This document shows, one piece after another, positions 48,491 to 57,901 of a stretch of 64,000 nucleotides of DNA. The position numbers and the translations under genes were made by a program. This stretch comes from Bacteroidales bacterium. GTDB taxonomy: Bacteria > Bacteroidota > Bacteroidia > Bacteroidales > WRLA01. The notes below the pieces were generated by a model. That model was not told the origin of the DNA, did not search any database, and was given only the letters and a program-made list of their open reading frames with translations. The stretch lies in contig OZ245940.1 in the NCBI GenBank assembly GCA_965230045.1, positions 8,058-72,057 of the forward strand, read 5' to 3'. Each line of letters opens with the position of its first letter. Position 1 is the stretch's first letter.

Positions 48491-48842
48491 CAAGTCAGGC
48501 TAAGCAAACCCGTATATTCCGTAAGTCACAAAAGCAGCTTTCTTTTAACAGCTCTTGTTGCCTTGATATTTTAATGCGCATAAAAAAAGTTTTTGATGCG
48601 CATGAAAAATTATTTCTACGCCTGTTATCATCAATTTAAATACTTGAAGTAATAGCAATAAAGTGATTTCACAAAAAATCAGGTACATTCACCAAAATCC
48701 AGTCGAAGAGGGCCTGGTGTTTTATCCTGAGGATTATTTGTACTTAGTGCATTGGATTATGCAGGAAAAAAAGGGATACTCGAAGATGTTATTGTGGTTG
48801 ATATTTAAGCAGTACCGCGCGTGAGGACACGCGCGGTAGCTG
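48449..48842 (+). mobile_element. Remnant of a REP-flanked Y1 (RAYT/IS200-like) transposase: two inverted hairpins around a degraded gene fragment
   Basis: The hairpins CCGCGCGTG-tcct-CACGCGTGG (48464-48485) and CCGCGCGTG-agga-CACGCGCGG (48815-48836) are in inverted orientation. Outer CAGCTACC / GGTAGCTG motifs flank them. Between them, 48651-48808 translates (with one frameshift) to ...VISQKIRYIHQNPVEEGLVFYPEDY / ..LSALDYAGKKGILEDVIVVDI*, which is the typical C-terminus of Y1_Tnp-type transposases. Confidence 0.5.
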
Positions 48843-48857
48843 GGGGAAACACTTTTA

Positions 48858-49355
48858 ATGCAACTCCAAGAATCTATTGAAACTCTTAGAACAGCTATTG
48901 ATGGCTGGGAAAATAAGTATATTTTACGGTCACCTATTGATGGTAGATGCGTTTTCATTCAATACTGGAGGAAGAATCAAATTGTTGCTTCCAATGAAAA
49001 AGTTATGGCAATTGTACCCGTTCATGGTAAAGACATAATTGGCAGTCTTCAAATACCAACGCATGGCTTTGGAAAAGTAAAGCAGGGGCAAGAGGTTATC
49101 ATAAGGCTTAATAATTATCCTTATATGGAATTTGGAGTGCTCAAAGGGTTCATTAAAAATATTTCAACTATTCCAAATAAGGATTTCTATTATGCTGAAG
49201 TTGATTCTCTTGATGGAATGACGACGACATATGGTATTGAAATAGAGTGTTCACAAAGTTTGTCTGGCACTGCAGAAATAATAACAGAGGATACCAGGCT
49301 GCTTTATCGTTTAATACGTCCTGTTAAGTCTTTAGTTGATAGATGGATAGGTTAG
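48858..49355 (+). pseudogene. HlyD-family membrane-fusion protein, C-terminal fragment only
   Basis: ...LRSPIDGRCVFIQYW...VMAIVP...IPTHGFGKVKQGQEVIIRLNNYPYMEFGVLKGFIKNIS...LSGTAEIITEDTRLLYRLIRP is the beta-barrel/C-terminal part of HlyD_3-type proteins. The frame opens only at the TAG inside the right hairpin. Confidence 0.7.
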
Positions 49356-49419
49356 TCATAGTGCTAGTGCAGCATTATATTTTGTAATAAGCTGAGTTAT
49401 TTCCTAATATCTTTGCCCC

Positions 49420-50115
49420 ATGCAAACAAAAATTCTTTTTCAGGACGACCATATTATCGTGGTGCATAAGCCCGCAGGCTTGCCTGTGCACAAAAACCAG
49501 CATATGCCCAAAGATGCGGATTACCTTTTGAAACAGGTAAATCATTTAACAGGCTCGGAGCTGTTTAATGTCCATCGCCTCGACCAGCCTACTTCCGGTT
49601 TGGTGGTTTTGGCGCGCACACAGGATGCGGCACGGCATTTTGCCAAAGAATTTTCCGAAAAGCAGGTGGAAAAAAAGTACCTCACTTTGGTGCATGGAAC
49701 GCTGGATGCGGAGGGTTCATACGATTTTCGAGTGCACGACAAAAGCAAAAAGCGCAAAACAGATGCTTTGACCCATTATCGTTGCATGGGGCAAGGGAAG
49801 ATCCCGCTGGCATTCCGCGATGATGCAGAATTGCAGGTCAGCCTGGCCGAAGTCAGCCCGCAAACGGGACGATGGCACCAAATCCGGCAGCATTTTGGTG
49901 GCACCGGGCATTACATCATTGGAGATAATCAGCACGGCTCGCGCCAGCTCAACCGGGCTTTAAAAGAATTTCTGGAACAGGATCAGTTGGAACTTATGTT
50001 GCATGCTTCATCGCTCTCGTTTCGTCATCCGGAAAATATGGAGCTGATGCATTTTGAAGATGCTGTTCCCGGTTATTTTCAGGAGATGCTGGAAGGGGTT
50101 GGGATAAGGATCTGA
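49420..50115 (+). CDS. RluA-family pseudouridine synthase (TruC/RluA-like)
   Basis: ...IIVVHKPAGLPVH...VHRLDQPTSGLVVLA (catalytic Asp motif) ...GRWHQIRQH.... Confidence 0.85.
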   Translation: MQTKILFQDDHIIVVHKPAGLPVHKNQHMPKDADYLLKQVNHLTGSELFNVHRLDQPTSGLVVLARTQDAARHFAKEFSEKQVEKKYLTLVHGTLDAEGSYDFRVHDKSKKRKTDALTHYRCMGQGKIPLAFRDDAELQVSLAEVSPQTGRWHQIRQHFGGTGHYIIGDNQHGSRQLNRALKEFLEQDQLELMLHASSLSFRHPENMELMHFEDAVPGYFQEMLEGVGIRI

Positions 50116-50196
50116 TCTTTTTTTGAAAAGGAGGAAACCGAAGGCACATAATTCACAAGTTTATTTTCCATAAAGGCCAGGAATTGGCACAAAAAA

Positions 50197-50222
50197 AAGG
50201 GCGCCTGTTGCGGGACGCCCTT
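50197..50222 (-). terminator. Terminator of the decarboxylase operon
   Basis: AAGGGCG-N12-CGCCCTT. On the - strand it is followed by a T8-9 run. Confidence 0.7.
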
Positions 50223-50245
50223 ACACCAAACAATAAACTCACATA

Positions 50246-51583
50246 TTACAACAAAAAGCTCAGCAGGATACCTGCGGCAACAGCGCTACCAATAACACCG
50301 GAAACATTCGGCGCCATAGCGTGCATTAGCAGGTGGTTGGTCGGATCTTCTTTTAAGCCCTCGTTCTGAACAACGCGTGCACTGTCCGGAACGGCCGATA
50401 CGCCCGCTGCACCAACCAGTGGGTTTATCTTATTATCTTTTTTGAGGAATACATTCATAAACTTAGCGAATAAAATCCCTCCTGAAGTAGCAATCATAAA
50501 TGAAAGAGCTCCCAAAATGAAAATCATAATGGATTGTGGCGTCAGGAAAACATCGGCCTGTGTACTGGCCCCAACGGTAAGCCCGAGCAAAATCGTAACG
50601 ATATCGATCAGAGCATTACGTGCTGTATCGGCCAAACGTTTGGTCACGCCGCTTTCCTTCAAAATATTTCCAAAGAACAACATACCCAAAAGAGGCAATG
50701 AACTCGGAGATATAAACGCAGTAAGTATGAGTCCTATTATAGGGAAAATGATTTTTTCTGTTTTGGAAACAGCTCTTGGCGGCCTCATACGGATGACACG
50801 TTCCTTTTTGCTGGTCAGTAATTTCATGATCGGTGGCTGGATAACAGGCACCAGAGCCATATACGAATAAGCAGCAATGGCGATTGGGCCAATCAGGTTT
50901 TGGGTTTGCAGGCCGTTGATAATGCCCCCGTTCGCCAATTTGGATGAAAGGAAAATCGCTGTAGGGCCATCGGCACCACCGATAATACCAATTGAACCGG
51001 CTTCCGGAAGGTTAAAACCGAGGAAAAGCGCACCGATCAGGGTAAGGAAAATACCTACCTGTGCAGCCGCTCCAAGCAGCATCAGGCGTGGATTGGAAAT
51101 CAGGGATGAGAAATCGGTCATCGCCCCAATCCCAAGAAAAATAAGGGGCGGATAAATCCCTTTCACTACGCCGTAGTATAAATAGTTCATTACACTACCT
51201 TCCTGATAGATACCAAGTTGCAGGTTGATATCCGGATCGTTGAAGAAGGGGATGTTACCGATGATAATCCCCGTACCGATCGGAATCAGCAGCAGGGGTT
51301 CATAATCAAAGCGGATAGCGAGGTAGATAAAAAACAGACCTACCAGAATCATGATAAAGTGCCCCCAGGTAATATTCCTGAAACCTGAATAACGATAAAA
51401 TTTGTATAATCCCTGAAAAGTAAGCGATTCATTAAAAGGCTTGGAATTATCGTTTTGCTGAACGACTTCCTGTTGATTATCTGTTTGGGTGGTTTTGCCG
51501 CTCAGGTCATCTGCAAAGACTGCTGTCAGGATACTGAGCACGGCAATAATCCCAAAAATTGTCAAAAACTTTCTAAGTGCCAT
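50246..51583 (-). CDS. Na+-translocating decarboxylase beta subunit (MmdB/OadB family)
   Basis: 445-aa polytopic membrane protein with characteristic ...GIGAMTDFS... and ...GAAGVSAVP... segments. It sits in an operon with carboxyltransferase, biotin carrier and OadG-like genes. Confidence 0.85.
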   Translation of the reverse strand: MALRKFLTIFGIIAVLSILTAVFADDLSGKTTQTDNQQEVVQQNDNSKPFNESLTFQGLYKFYRYSGFRNITWGHFIMILVGLFFIYLAIRFDYEPLLLIPIGTGIIIGNIPFFNDPDINLQLGIYQEGSVMNYLYYGVVKGIYPPLIFLGIGAMTDFSSLISNPRLMLLGAAAQVGIFLTLIGALFLGFNLPEAGSIGIIGGADGPTAIFLSSKLANGGIINGLQTQNLIGPIAIAAYSYMALVPVIQPPIMKLLTSKKERVIRMRPPRAVSKTEKIIFPIIGLILTAFISPSSLPLLGMLFFGNILKESGVTKRLADTARNALIDIVTILLGLTVGASTQADVFLTPQSIMIFILGALSFMIATSGGILFAKFMNVFLKKDNKINPLVGAAGVSAVPDSARVVQNEGLKEDPTNHLLMHAMAPNVSGVIGSAVAAGILLSFLL

Positions 51584-51617
51584 TTTTGTTCGGCTTTTAA
51601 AGGTTCATAAAAAGTGC

Positions 51618-52046
51618 TTACACCAATTCTACCAAAGGAGCTTCCTGAAGGACGTTATCCCCTACGGTGACTTTAATAGAACCCACAGTTCCGTCGCGTT
51701 CGGCCAAAACAACATTCTCCATTTTCATGGCTTCATACATTAAAAGCTTATCGCCTTTTTTTACCTCATCGCCTTCTTTTACAAAGATATTGAGGATCAC
51801 ACCGGGAAGCGGGCATTTAATGATTAAGGGGCCACCGGCAGGCTTTGCATCGGGCAGTTTGTGGCTGCCTTTGGGGTTAACAACAGCCGAACGGACCAAT
51901 GTAGGCGTTTTGCTTGTTTTGATTTCTTTGTGCAACTCCACTTTGTAAGAAGAACCGTTTACATCCATTTTGATGATGTTCTTTTCAAAGCCTTTGATTT
52001 CCACTTCGTACTGGTTGCCACGTACAGTGAATTTATATTTTCTCAT
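51618..52046 (-). CDS. Biotin carboxyl carrier subunit of the decarboxylase
   Basis: C-terminal biotinyl domain with the motif YEAMKMEN. Confidence 0.85.
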   Translation of the reverse strand: MRKYKFTVRGNQYEVEIKGFEKNIIKMDVNGSSYKVELHKEIKTSKTPTLVRSAVVNPKGSHKLPDAKPAGGPLIIKCPLPGVILNIFVKEGDEVKKGDKLLMYEAMKMENVVLAERDGTVGSIKVTVGDNVLQEAPLVELV

Positions 52047-52080
52047 CAGTAATGATCTTTATATGACTGATTAATAAATT

Positions 52081-52446
52081 TTATTGTTGCTTGTTCAGGT
52101 TGCGCATGCCGTATATCTTGGAACTCCATGGTGAGTAGTTCCGCGAAACACGTTTTATGGTCAGGATATTGCTTTCCTCATCGTGCATTTCATTGAAATA
52201 CATAAAGATTGCTGCGCTAATGGCTGCATTCTCTTCTGATGAAACCGATAATTCCTGATTTGCACACTCTTTCCCTTCCTTTTTAAGCTTTTTCCTGATA
52301 TTGATATTCAACACTTTAGGAACATTAGAAAAAACAAAGAACAGAAGTACGAGTGCGCTGAAAACAATTGAATAACCAACCAGGGTAATCACAAGGCCCT
52401 GGTTCAGGTTATGGGTAAGTTCAGCCGACATTTCTAATAAAACCAT
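52081..52446 (-). CDS. OadG-family small membrane subunit
   Basis: 121 aa with a single N-terminal TM (LVITLVGYSIVFSALVLLFFVF), located between the carboxyltransferase and the carrier. Confidence 0.65.
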   Translation of the reverse strand: MVLLEMSAELTHNLNQGLVITLVGYSIVFSALVLLFFVFSNVPKVLNINIRKKLKKEGKECANQELSVSSEENAAISAAIFMYFNEMHDEESNILTIKRVSRNYSPWSSKIYGMRNLNKQQ

Positions 52447-52464
52447 AGTACAATTATTTAATGT

Positions 52465-54024
52465 TTAAAGCGGAATATTGGAATGTTTTTTCGGCGGATT
52501 GGTATCCTTTTTCGTAGCCAGGGTGCGCAATGCGCGGCAAATCCTGAAACGGGTATTCCGTGGTTCAATTACATCATCGATATAGCCGTATTTTGCTGCT
52601 TCGTAGGGGTTGGCAAATTTATCGCGGTATTCTTCCTCTTTCTGAGCAATATATTTGGCTTGTTCTTCCGGATCTTCAATTTCTTTGATTTTCCGTCCTT
52701 CAAGCACTTCAATAGCTCCTTTGGGCCCCATCACGGCAATTTCTGCTGATGGCCATGCATAATTAATATCGCCACGGAGCTGTTTGGAACTCATCACATC
52801 GTGTGCGCCACCATAAGATTTGCGCAGGGTAAGGGTAACTTTTGGCACTGTAGCTTCACCATAGGCAAACATCAGTTTTGCACCGTGTGTAATAATTCCG
52901 CCATATTCCTGCTTGCTGCCGGGAAGGAAACCGGGAACATCAACCAAAGTGATAATGGGCAAATTAAAGGCATCACAGAAACGTACAAAACGTGCTGCTT
53001 TACGCGAGGCTTCTATATCGAGCACACCGGCGAGGAAATTGGGCTGGTTGGCAACAATACCCACGGCAGCGCCATTAAATTTAGCAAAGCCCACCACAAT
53101 GTTTTTGGCATAATGACGGTGGAATTCGAGGAATTCTTCGTGGTCAACGATATGATAAATCACATCTTTGATATCGTAAGGTTTATTTGGATTGTCAGGA
53201 ATAATGTCATTGAGCTCATCGGCCATACGGTCAATCGGGTCAGTACACTCGGTCAATGGCGGTTCTTCGAGGCAGTTTTGAGGGAGGTATTCCAAAGTTT
53301 TGCGAATAAGCATAATACCTTCTTCTTCGGAGTCCGATTTAAAATGTGCCACACCTGATTTGGAAGCGTGTACATTTGCGCCACCAAGATCTTCGGTAGT
53401 GATATCCTCACCGGTAACCGTTTTCGTAACCTTAGGGCCGGTAACGAACATATAACTGGTTTGGTCGTTCATGATGATCACGTCGGTAAGGGCCGGCGAA
53501 TAAACGGCGCCACCAGCGCAGGGGCCAAAAATGGCTGAAATCTGAGGGATTACCCCACTGGCCATAATGTTGCGCTGGAAGATTTCCGCATAACCTGCAA
53601 GGCTGTTTACGCCTTCCTGGATACGTGCACCACCGCTATCGTTGATACCGATTAGGGGAGCACCCACTTTCATGGCCTGATCCATAACTTTACAGATTTT
53701 CTGTGCAAAAGTTTCGGAAAGGGAACCTCCGAAAACGGTGAAATCCTGTGCAAAAACATATACCACGCGTCCGTCGATAGTACCATGACCGGTTACTACG
53801 CCATCGCCGAGGAATTTTTGTTTTTCCAGGCCAAAATTTGTGCAACGGTGCGACATGAACATATCGTACTCTTCAAAACTTCCTTCATCGAGGAGCATTT
53901 CGATACGCTCGCGGGCAGTGTATTTGCCCTTTTTGTGCTGAGAATCGATACGTTTCTGGCCGCCACCGAGTTTCGCTTCTTCACGGAGCTCAATAAGCTG
54001 TTTGATTTTTTCCTGACTGCTCAT
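52465..54024 (-). CDS. Methylmalonyl-CoA decarboxylase alpha subunit / acyl-CoA carboxyltransferase
   Basis: 519 aa. ...[20 protein letters not shown]...GGARIQEGV...[12 protein letters not shown]... is the carboxyl_transferase pattern. Confidence 0.9.
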   Translation of the reverse strand: MSSQEKIKQLIELREEAKLGGGQKRIDSQHKKGKYTARERIEMLLDEGSFEEYDMFMSHRCTNFGLEKQKFLGDGVVTGHGTIDGRVVYVFAQDFTVFGGSLSETFAQKICKVMDQAMKVGAPLIGINDSGGARIQEGVNSLAGYAEIFQRNIMASGVIPQISAIFGPCAGGAVYSPALTDVIIMNDQTSYMFVTGPKVTKTVTGEDITTEDLGGANVHASKSGVAHFKSDSEEEGIMLIRKTLEYLPQNCLEEPPLTECTDPIDRMADELNDIIPDNPNKPYDIKDVIYHIVDHEEFLEFHRHYAKNIVVGFAKFNGAAVGIVANQPNFLAGVLDIEASRKAARFVRFCDAFNLPIITLVDVPGFLPGSKQEYGGIITHGAKLMFAYGEATVPKVTLTLRKSYGGAHDVMSSKQLRGDINYAWPSAEIAVMGPKGAIEVLEGRKIKEIEDPEEQAKYIAQKEEEYRDKFANPYEAAKYGYIDDVIEPRNTRFRICRALRTLATKKDTNPPKKHSNIPL

Positions 54025-54091
54025 GAATTTTAATACATTTTGCCGTTGACCGGCTAATTAAATTATAGGTTGTTTAAATCCGTTATTTGCG

Positions 54092-54496
54092 CTATTCTTT
54101 GCCACAAAATTCTGTAAGTACTCCATGTGTGGATTTCGGATGGAGAAAACCAATCCTCAGTCCTTCTGCACCATTGCGCGGCTCTTTATCAATCAGGCGC
54201 ACACCTTTTTCTTCTGCTTCTTTTAAGGCTTCACCAACATTCGGCATAGCAAATGCAACGTGGTGCATCCCCGGCCCTTTTTTCTCAACAAATTTGCCAA
54301 TAGGGCCTTCCGGATCAGTCGATTCCAAAAGTTCTATTTTCGTTTGGCCTACCATAAAAAAGGCCGTCTTCACTTTTTGATCTTTTACTTCCTCAATTTC
54401 ATAGCAGGACAGCCCCAATACTCCTTCGTAGTATTTTATGGCTTCATCAAGATTATTTACTGCTATACCAATGTGTTCAATATGAGTAGGTTTCAT
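54092..54496 (-). CDS. Methylmalonyl-CoA epimerase (VOC superfamily)
   Basis: 134 aa. MKPTHIEHIGIAVNNLDEAIKYYEGVLGL...GPGMHHVAF...FLHPKSTHGVLTEF. Confidence 0.85.
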   Translation of the reverse strand: MKPTHIEHIGIAVNNLDEAIKYYEGVLGLSCYEIEEVKDQKVKTAFFMVGQTKIELLESTDPEGPIGKFVEKKGPGMHHVAFAMPNVGEALKEAEEKGVRLIDKEPRNGAEGLRIGFLHPKSTHGVLTEFCGKE

Positions 54497-54935
54497 AGGA
54501 AATTATAATTTTATTTGTTTGCTGATAAACAATGTTAATTGATTCACAAAATTAATTCAAAAAATAGTAAAGCGCGAATTTTAAAAGCTCTTTAAAATGA
54601 GCGCCCCGAATTAACGGCAAAAAGGCATATAACATATTATATACTGAAATACAGATTGTTAAAATCAATTTTTCACTTTTGCAAAGCACATATTATAAAA
54701 CAAATCAGTATTTATCTAAAATTTAGAATTAATCTGTATTAATCTTCTAATTAGGGCTTTATAAAATTTTGGAAACAAAATAATAATACGATACAGTAAT
54801 AAATAACTTTTGTGCTTAATAAACTGATCACATTAATTTTATGGGCAATTTGAATGAAAATCCATGAAAAAAAATACAAAGATTGGCAAGCATACTATTA
54901 TAAAACTTACTTTTGTAAACAGAGCTTAAGAGCCC

Positions 54936-57191
54936 ATGAAAAAATTTATTGCCATAATCTGTTCGCTGCTGTGTGTTTTATTTTTGGATATCCACGCTCA
55001 GGATATCGATAGCATGATATTATCGAACAATACACTTGAAGATGACAGCCTCCGCATAGAAAATTTCCTGAATATCGCTAAAGTACTCAGGAGGCAAAAG
55101 CCCGATTCGGCAATTAGCTTTTATAAAAAGGCCATAGAGCTCAGCAAGGCCAAAGGGTTTCATACAATAACATGCAATACATACGAAAAAATTGCCCTTT
55201 TAGAATATAGCCGTGGGAAATTTGACAAGGCTTCTGAAATGAGCAAGGCAATCATTGCATATGCCGAAAAAAGCAAAAACAGCAAAAAATGCCTGCGCGG
55301 CTATAATCTCTTAAATTTTTTCCTGATACGGCTAAATCAAATGGAAGAGTCATTAATTGTTGCCAATAAAGCCATTCACCTGGCCGACAGCGTAGGCGAC
55401 TCTTCACTTACAGGGAGCTTTTATAACCGATCAGGCGCTGCCTACGAAGCTTTGGCCAATTATCCTCAGGCCCTTTACGCCTATCAGCAATCTCAAAAAA
55501 TTGCCGACGCACGAAAAGACAGCAATTTATTGGCCAGCACTTTAAATAATATTGGAAACATAATGGAAACCCTGGGACAAATCGATAAACAACTCCAGTA
55601 TTATGAACAGGCACTTGAAATCCGAAAGCTCCAAAATGATCCCGGAAAAATCGCTGCACTTCTCGAAAATATTGGCGTTGCCCATCTAAGCCTGAAACAA
55701 TATAATGTTGCCCTGGACTATTTTAACCGCACGCTCACAACACGAAAAGAACTGAATGACCAGGCAGGCCAAAGCCAAACATACATCAATATCGGCAACG
55801 CCCACGAAGGCTTGAACAACCTGAACCAGGCACTCGAAAACTACAATCGGGCCTTGCGCAATCTCGATGGAAATGAAGACGTTAAAGCGAAATGCCTGGC
55901 AAATATTTCGGACATCTACTACAAAAAAGGTTCGTTTGTGAAAGCAGAAAAATATGCACAGCAAAGCCTTGCCATTGCCGATAAATTAAATGACAAGGAA
56001 TTGCAGCGACAGACCTACAAATATCTCGTAAAAATCTACGACACAACCAGTCAATATAAAAAGGCGCTCAATTATTATCGTTTATACTCACAGGTAAAAG
56101 ACAGTATTTCCGGAATTGAAATCAGCAAACAGCTTCAGGAGCTGGAAACCAAATATCAATCCGAAAAAAAAGCACAGGAGAACGCCCTTTTAAACGCCCG
56201 TGTTACTACACAAAACCTTCGCTTAAAACAGCAGGAACTCCAACAATACGGATTGATAAGCGGTATTTTACTGATGTTGCTTATTGCGCTGGTGGTTTGG
56301 CGAAATTATCGTCAGAAAAAACGCGCCAACGAACTACTGGCCCAACAGAAACAGGAAATTGAAAACAAAAACCTCGATCTGGAAACGGCCAACCATGAAA
56401 TCACTGCCCAAAAGAACATCATCGAGGAAAAGAATGTGAAAATCATTGACAGTATCCGCTATGCGCGCCGGATACAGGAAACTATTCTTCCGCCTCAAAG
56501 CATGATCAACCGTTTGCTGCCCGATTCATTTGTCCTCTATCGACCAAAAGATATTGTCAGCGGTGATTTTTACTGGCTCACCGAAACCGACGACAATAAA
56601 GTTCTGGTATCTGCCATTGACTGTACAGGCCATGGTGTGCCGGGCGCTTTTGTATCCATCGTTGGCCATAACAGCATCAACCGTGTTGTGAAAGAATTTG
56701 ACATTACGCAGCCCGCCGCCGTACTCGATAAACTTAATGAGCTGGTTGTAAAAAGCTTCAGCAAGCAACAGGAGCATGAAGTAAAAGACGGAATGGACAT
56801 GGCACTGTGCATGCTCGACCAGGAAAACATGATCCTGGAATATGCCGGCGCAAATAATCCCCTGTACCTGGTACGCAATGGCGAGCTCAGCATAACCAAA
56901 GCCGACAAACAGCCCATCGGCGCCTACGAAAACAGAAAAGCATTTACAAACCACCGCTTTGAATTACAAAAAGGCGATGTAATTTATATTTTTTCCGATG
57001 GCTATATCGATCAGTTTGGTGGCCCCAGAGGCAAAAAATTTATGTCGCGCCGCTTCCGCGAAATGTTGCTCCAAATCCATAATCTTCCGCCAATGGAGCA
57101 AAAAGAATTCCTGAACAAAACCATTGTGGAATGGATGGACAAGGAAGAACAAATTGATGATATACTCGTAATTGGTATCCGGATTTCATAA
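54936..57191 (+). CDS. TPR-repeat sensor fused to a SpoIIE/PP2C phosphatase domain
   Basis: Signal peptide, about 9 TPR-like repeats, a TM segment (LISGILLMLLIALVVW), a coiled coil, and a C-terminal ...SGDFYW...IDCTGHGVPGA...DGMDMAL...SDGYIDQFGG... PP2C-type domain. Confidence 0.8.
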   Translation: MKKFIAIICSLLCVLFLDIHAQDIDSMILSNNTLEDDSLRIENFLNIAKVLRRQKPDSAISFYKKAIELSKAKGFHTITCNTYEKIALLEYSRGKFDKASEMSKAIIAYAEKSKNSKKCLRGYNLLNFFLIRLNQMEESLIVANKAIHLADSVGDSSLTGSFYNRSGAAYEALANYPQALYAYQQSQKIADARKDSNLLASTLNNIGNIMETLGQIDKQLQYYEQALEIRKLQNDPGKIAALLENIGVAHLSLKQYNVALDYFNRTLTTRKELNDQAGQSQTYINIGNAHEGLNNLNQALENYNRALRNLDGNEDVKAKCLANISDIYYKKGSFVKAEKYAQQSLAIADKLNDKELQRQTYKYLVKIYDTTSQYKKALNYYRLYSQVKDSISGIEISKQLQELETKYQSEKKAQENALLNARVTTQNLRLKQQELQQYGLISGILLMLLIALVVWRNYRQKKRANELLAQQKQEIENKNLDLETANHEITAQKNIIEEKNVKIIDSIRYARRIQETILPPQSMINRLLPDSFVLYRPKDIVSGDFYWLTETDDNKVLVSAIDCTGHGVPGAFVSIVGHNSINRVVKEFDITQPAAVLDKLNELVVKSFSKQQEHEVKDGMDMALCMLDQENMILEYAGANNPLYLVRNGELSITKADKQPIGAYENRKAFTNHRFELQKGDVIYIFSDGYIDQFGGPRGKKFMSRRFREMLLQIHNLPPMEQKEFLNKTIVEWMDKEEQIDDILVIGIRIS

Positions 57192-57195
57192 TTTT

Positions 57196-57524
57196 GGTTC
57201 TACACGGAATTTCGTGGAAAGAAATTAGAATGCTATTTCAAACAGATTCCTCCAAAGTTTTCCTCATACTTCGGAAACTTTGTCGGAATGACACATTTTT
57301 ATGGAGTCAGGAGGCAAATGCGGCTTGGTCACTGAGCGGAGTCGAAGTGCGCCGCATTTGCCTTAAACGCCTAATAAACAGCGTCATTCCGACCGGAACA
57401 AAGCCAAACGAAGTGATTAAGGCTTTGTGAAGGGAGGAATCTGTTAGGGATCAATGGTTTATTAATAAATATCTGCATATTATTTTCAAACATTATTGTT
57501 ACCCACGAAAATCTTAGTAGAACC
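57196..57524 (-). repeat. Nested-palindrome MITE-like element, family 1, copy D (inverted; apical module as in copy B)
   Basis: Reverse orientation of copies A-C. The apex is GCGGCTTGGTCACTGAGCGGAGTCGAAGTGCGCCGC. Confidence 0.85.
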
Positions 57525-57536
57525 ATAATTTTTTTT

Positions 57537-57816
57537 AGAGGTCAGTATGTAGGTGCATATTAGTTTTGGCAAATCATAAAAACGATAATGATTTGCTATT
57601 GAGTAACATAGATTTATCTGCCGAAGCTTCGGCATCGAAATGACCTTTTGCTGTGTTCAAGTGGCAAAGGCGGCGAGGACACAATAAAAAATATAAAATG
57701 AGTCCTCGCCGCCTTTGCCCAAACAATTAATAAACAGTCATTTCGACGACCAGCGGGAGGAGAAATCTATTTATTCACGAGCATAAATCATTCTATGTAC
57801 TTATCTACTGACCTCT
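57537..57816. repeat. Nested-palindrome element, family 2 (related to the inner module at 2285-2475)
   Basis: Termini AGAGGTCAGTA / TACTGACCTCT. The arms are CGAAATGACC / GTCATTTCG, and the apex is GGCAAAGGCGGCGAGGACAC...GAGTCCTCGCCGCCTTTGCC. Confidence 0.75.
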
Positions 57817-57901
57817 AATTTTTTTTCATTTCCTATTTTCCCGGCTTCTTAAGCAGAAAGCATTTATTTTTGCATCGCCAATGATTCAATAAAGTTAATC
57901 C

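Noticed and set aside
48574-48603. Two ATGCGCAT palindromes spaced 22 bp apart inside the RAYT-like remnant might be an operator.
   Set aside because: They are only 8 bp each, occur in degraded DNA, and have no adjacent regulator or promoter target. This may well be chance.
48464-48836. The GC-rich hairpins at the lanB/hlyD junction might be CRISPR repeats or integron attC sites.
   Set aside because: There are only two copies, they are in inverted rather than direct orientation, and the spacing does not fit an array. The interior encodes a Y1-transposase-like fragment, so a REP/RAYT layout fits better.
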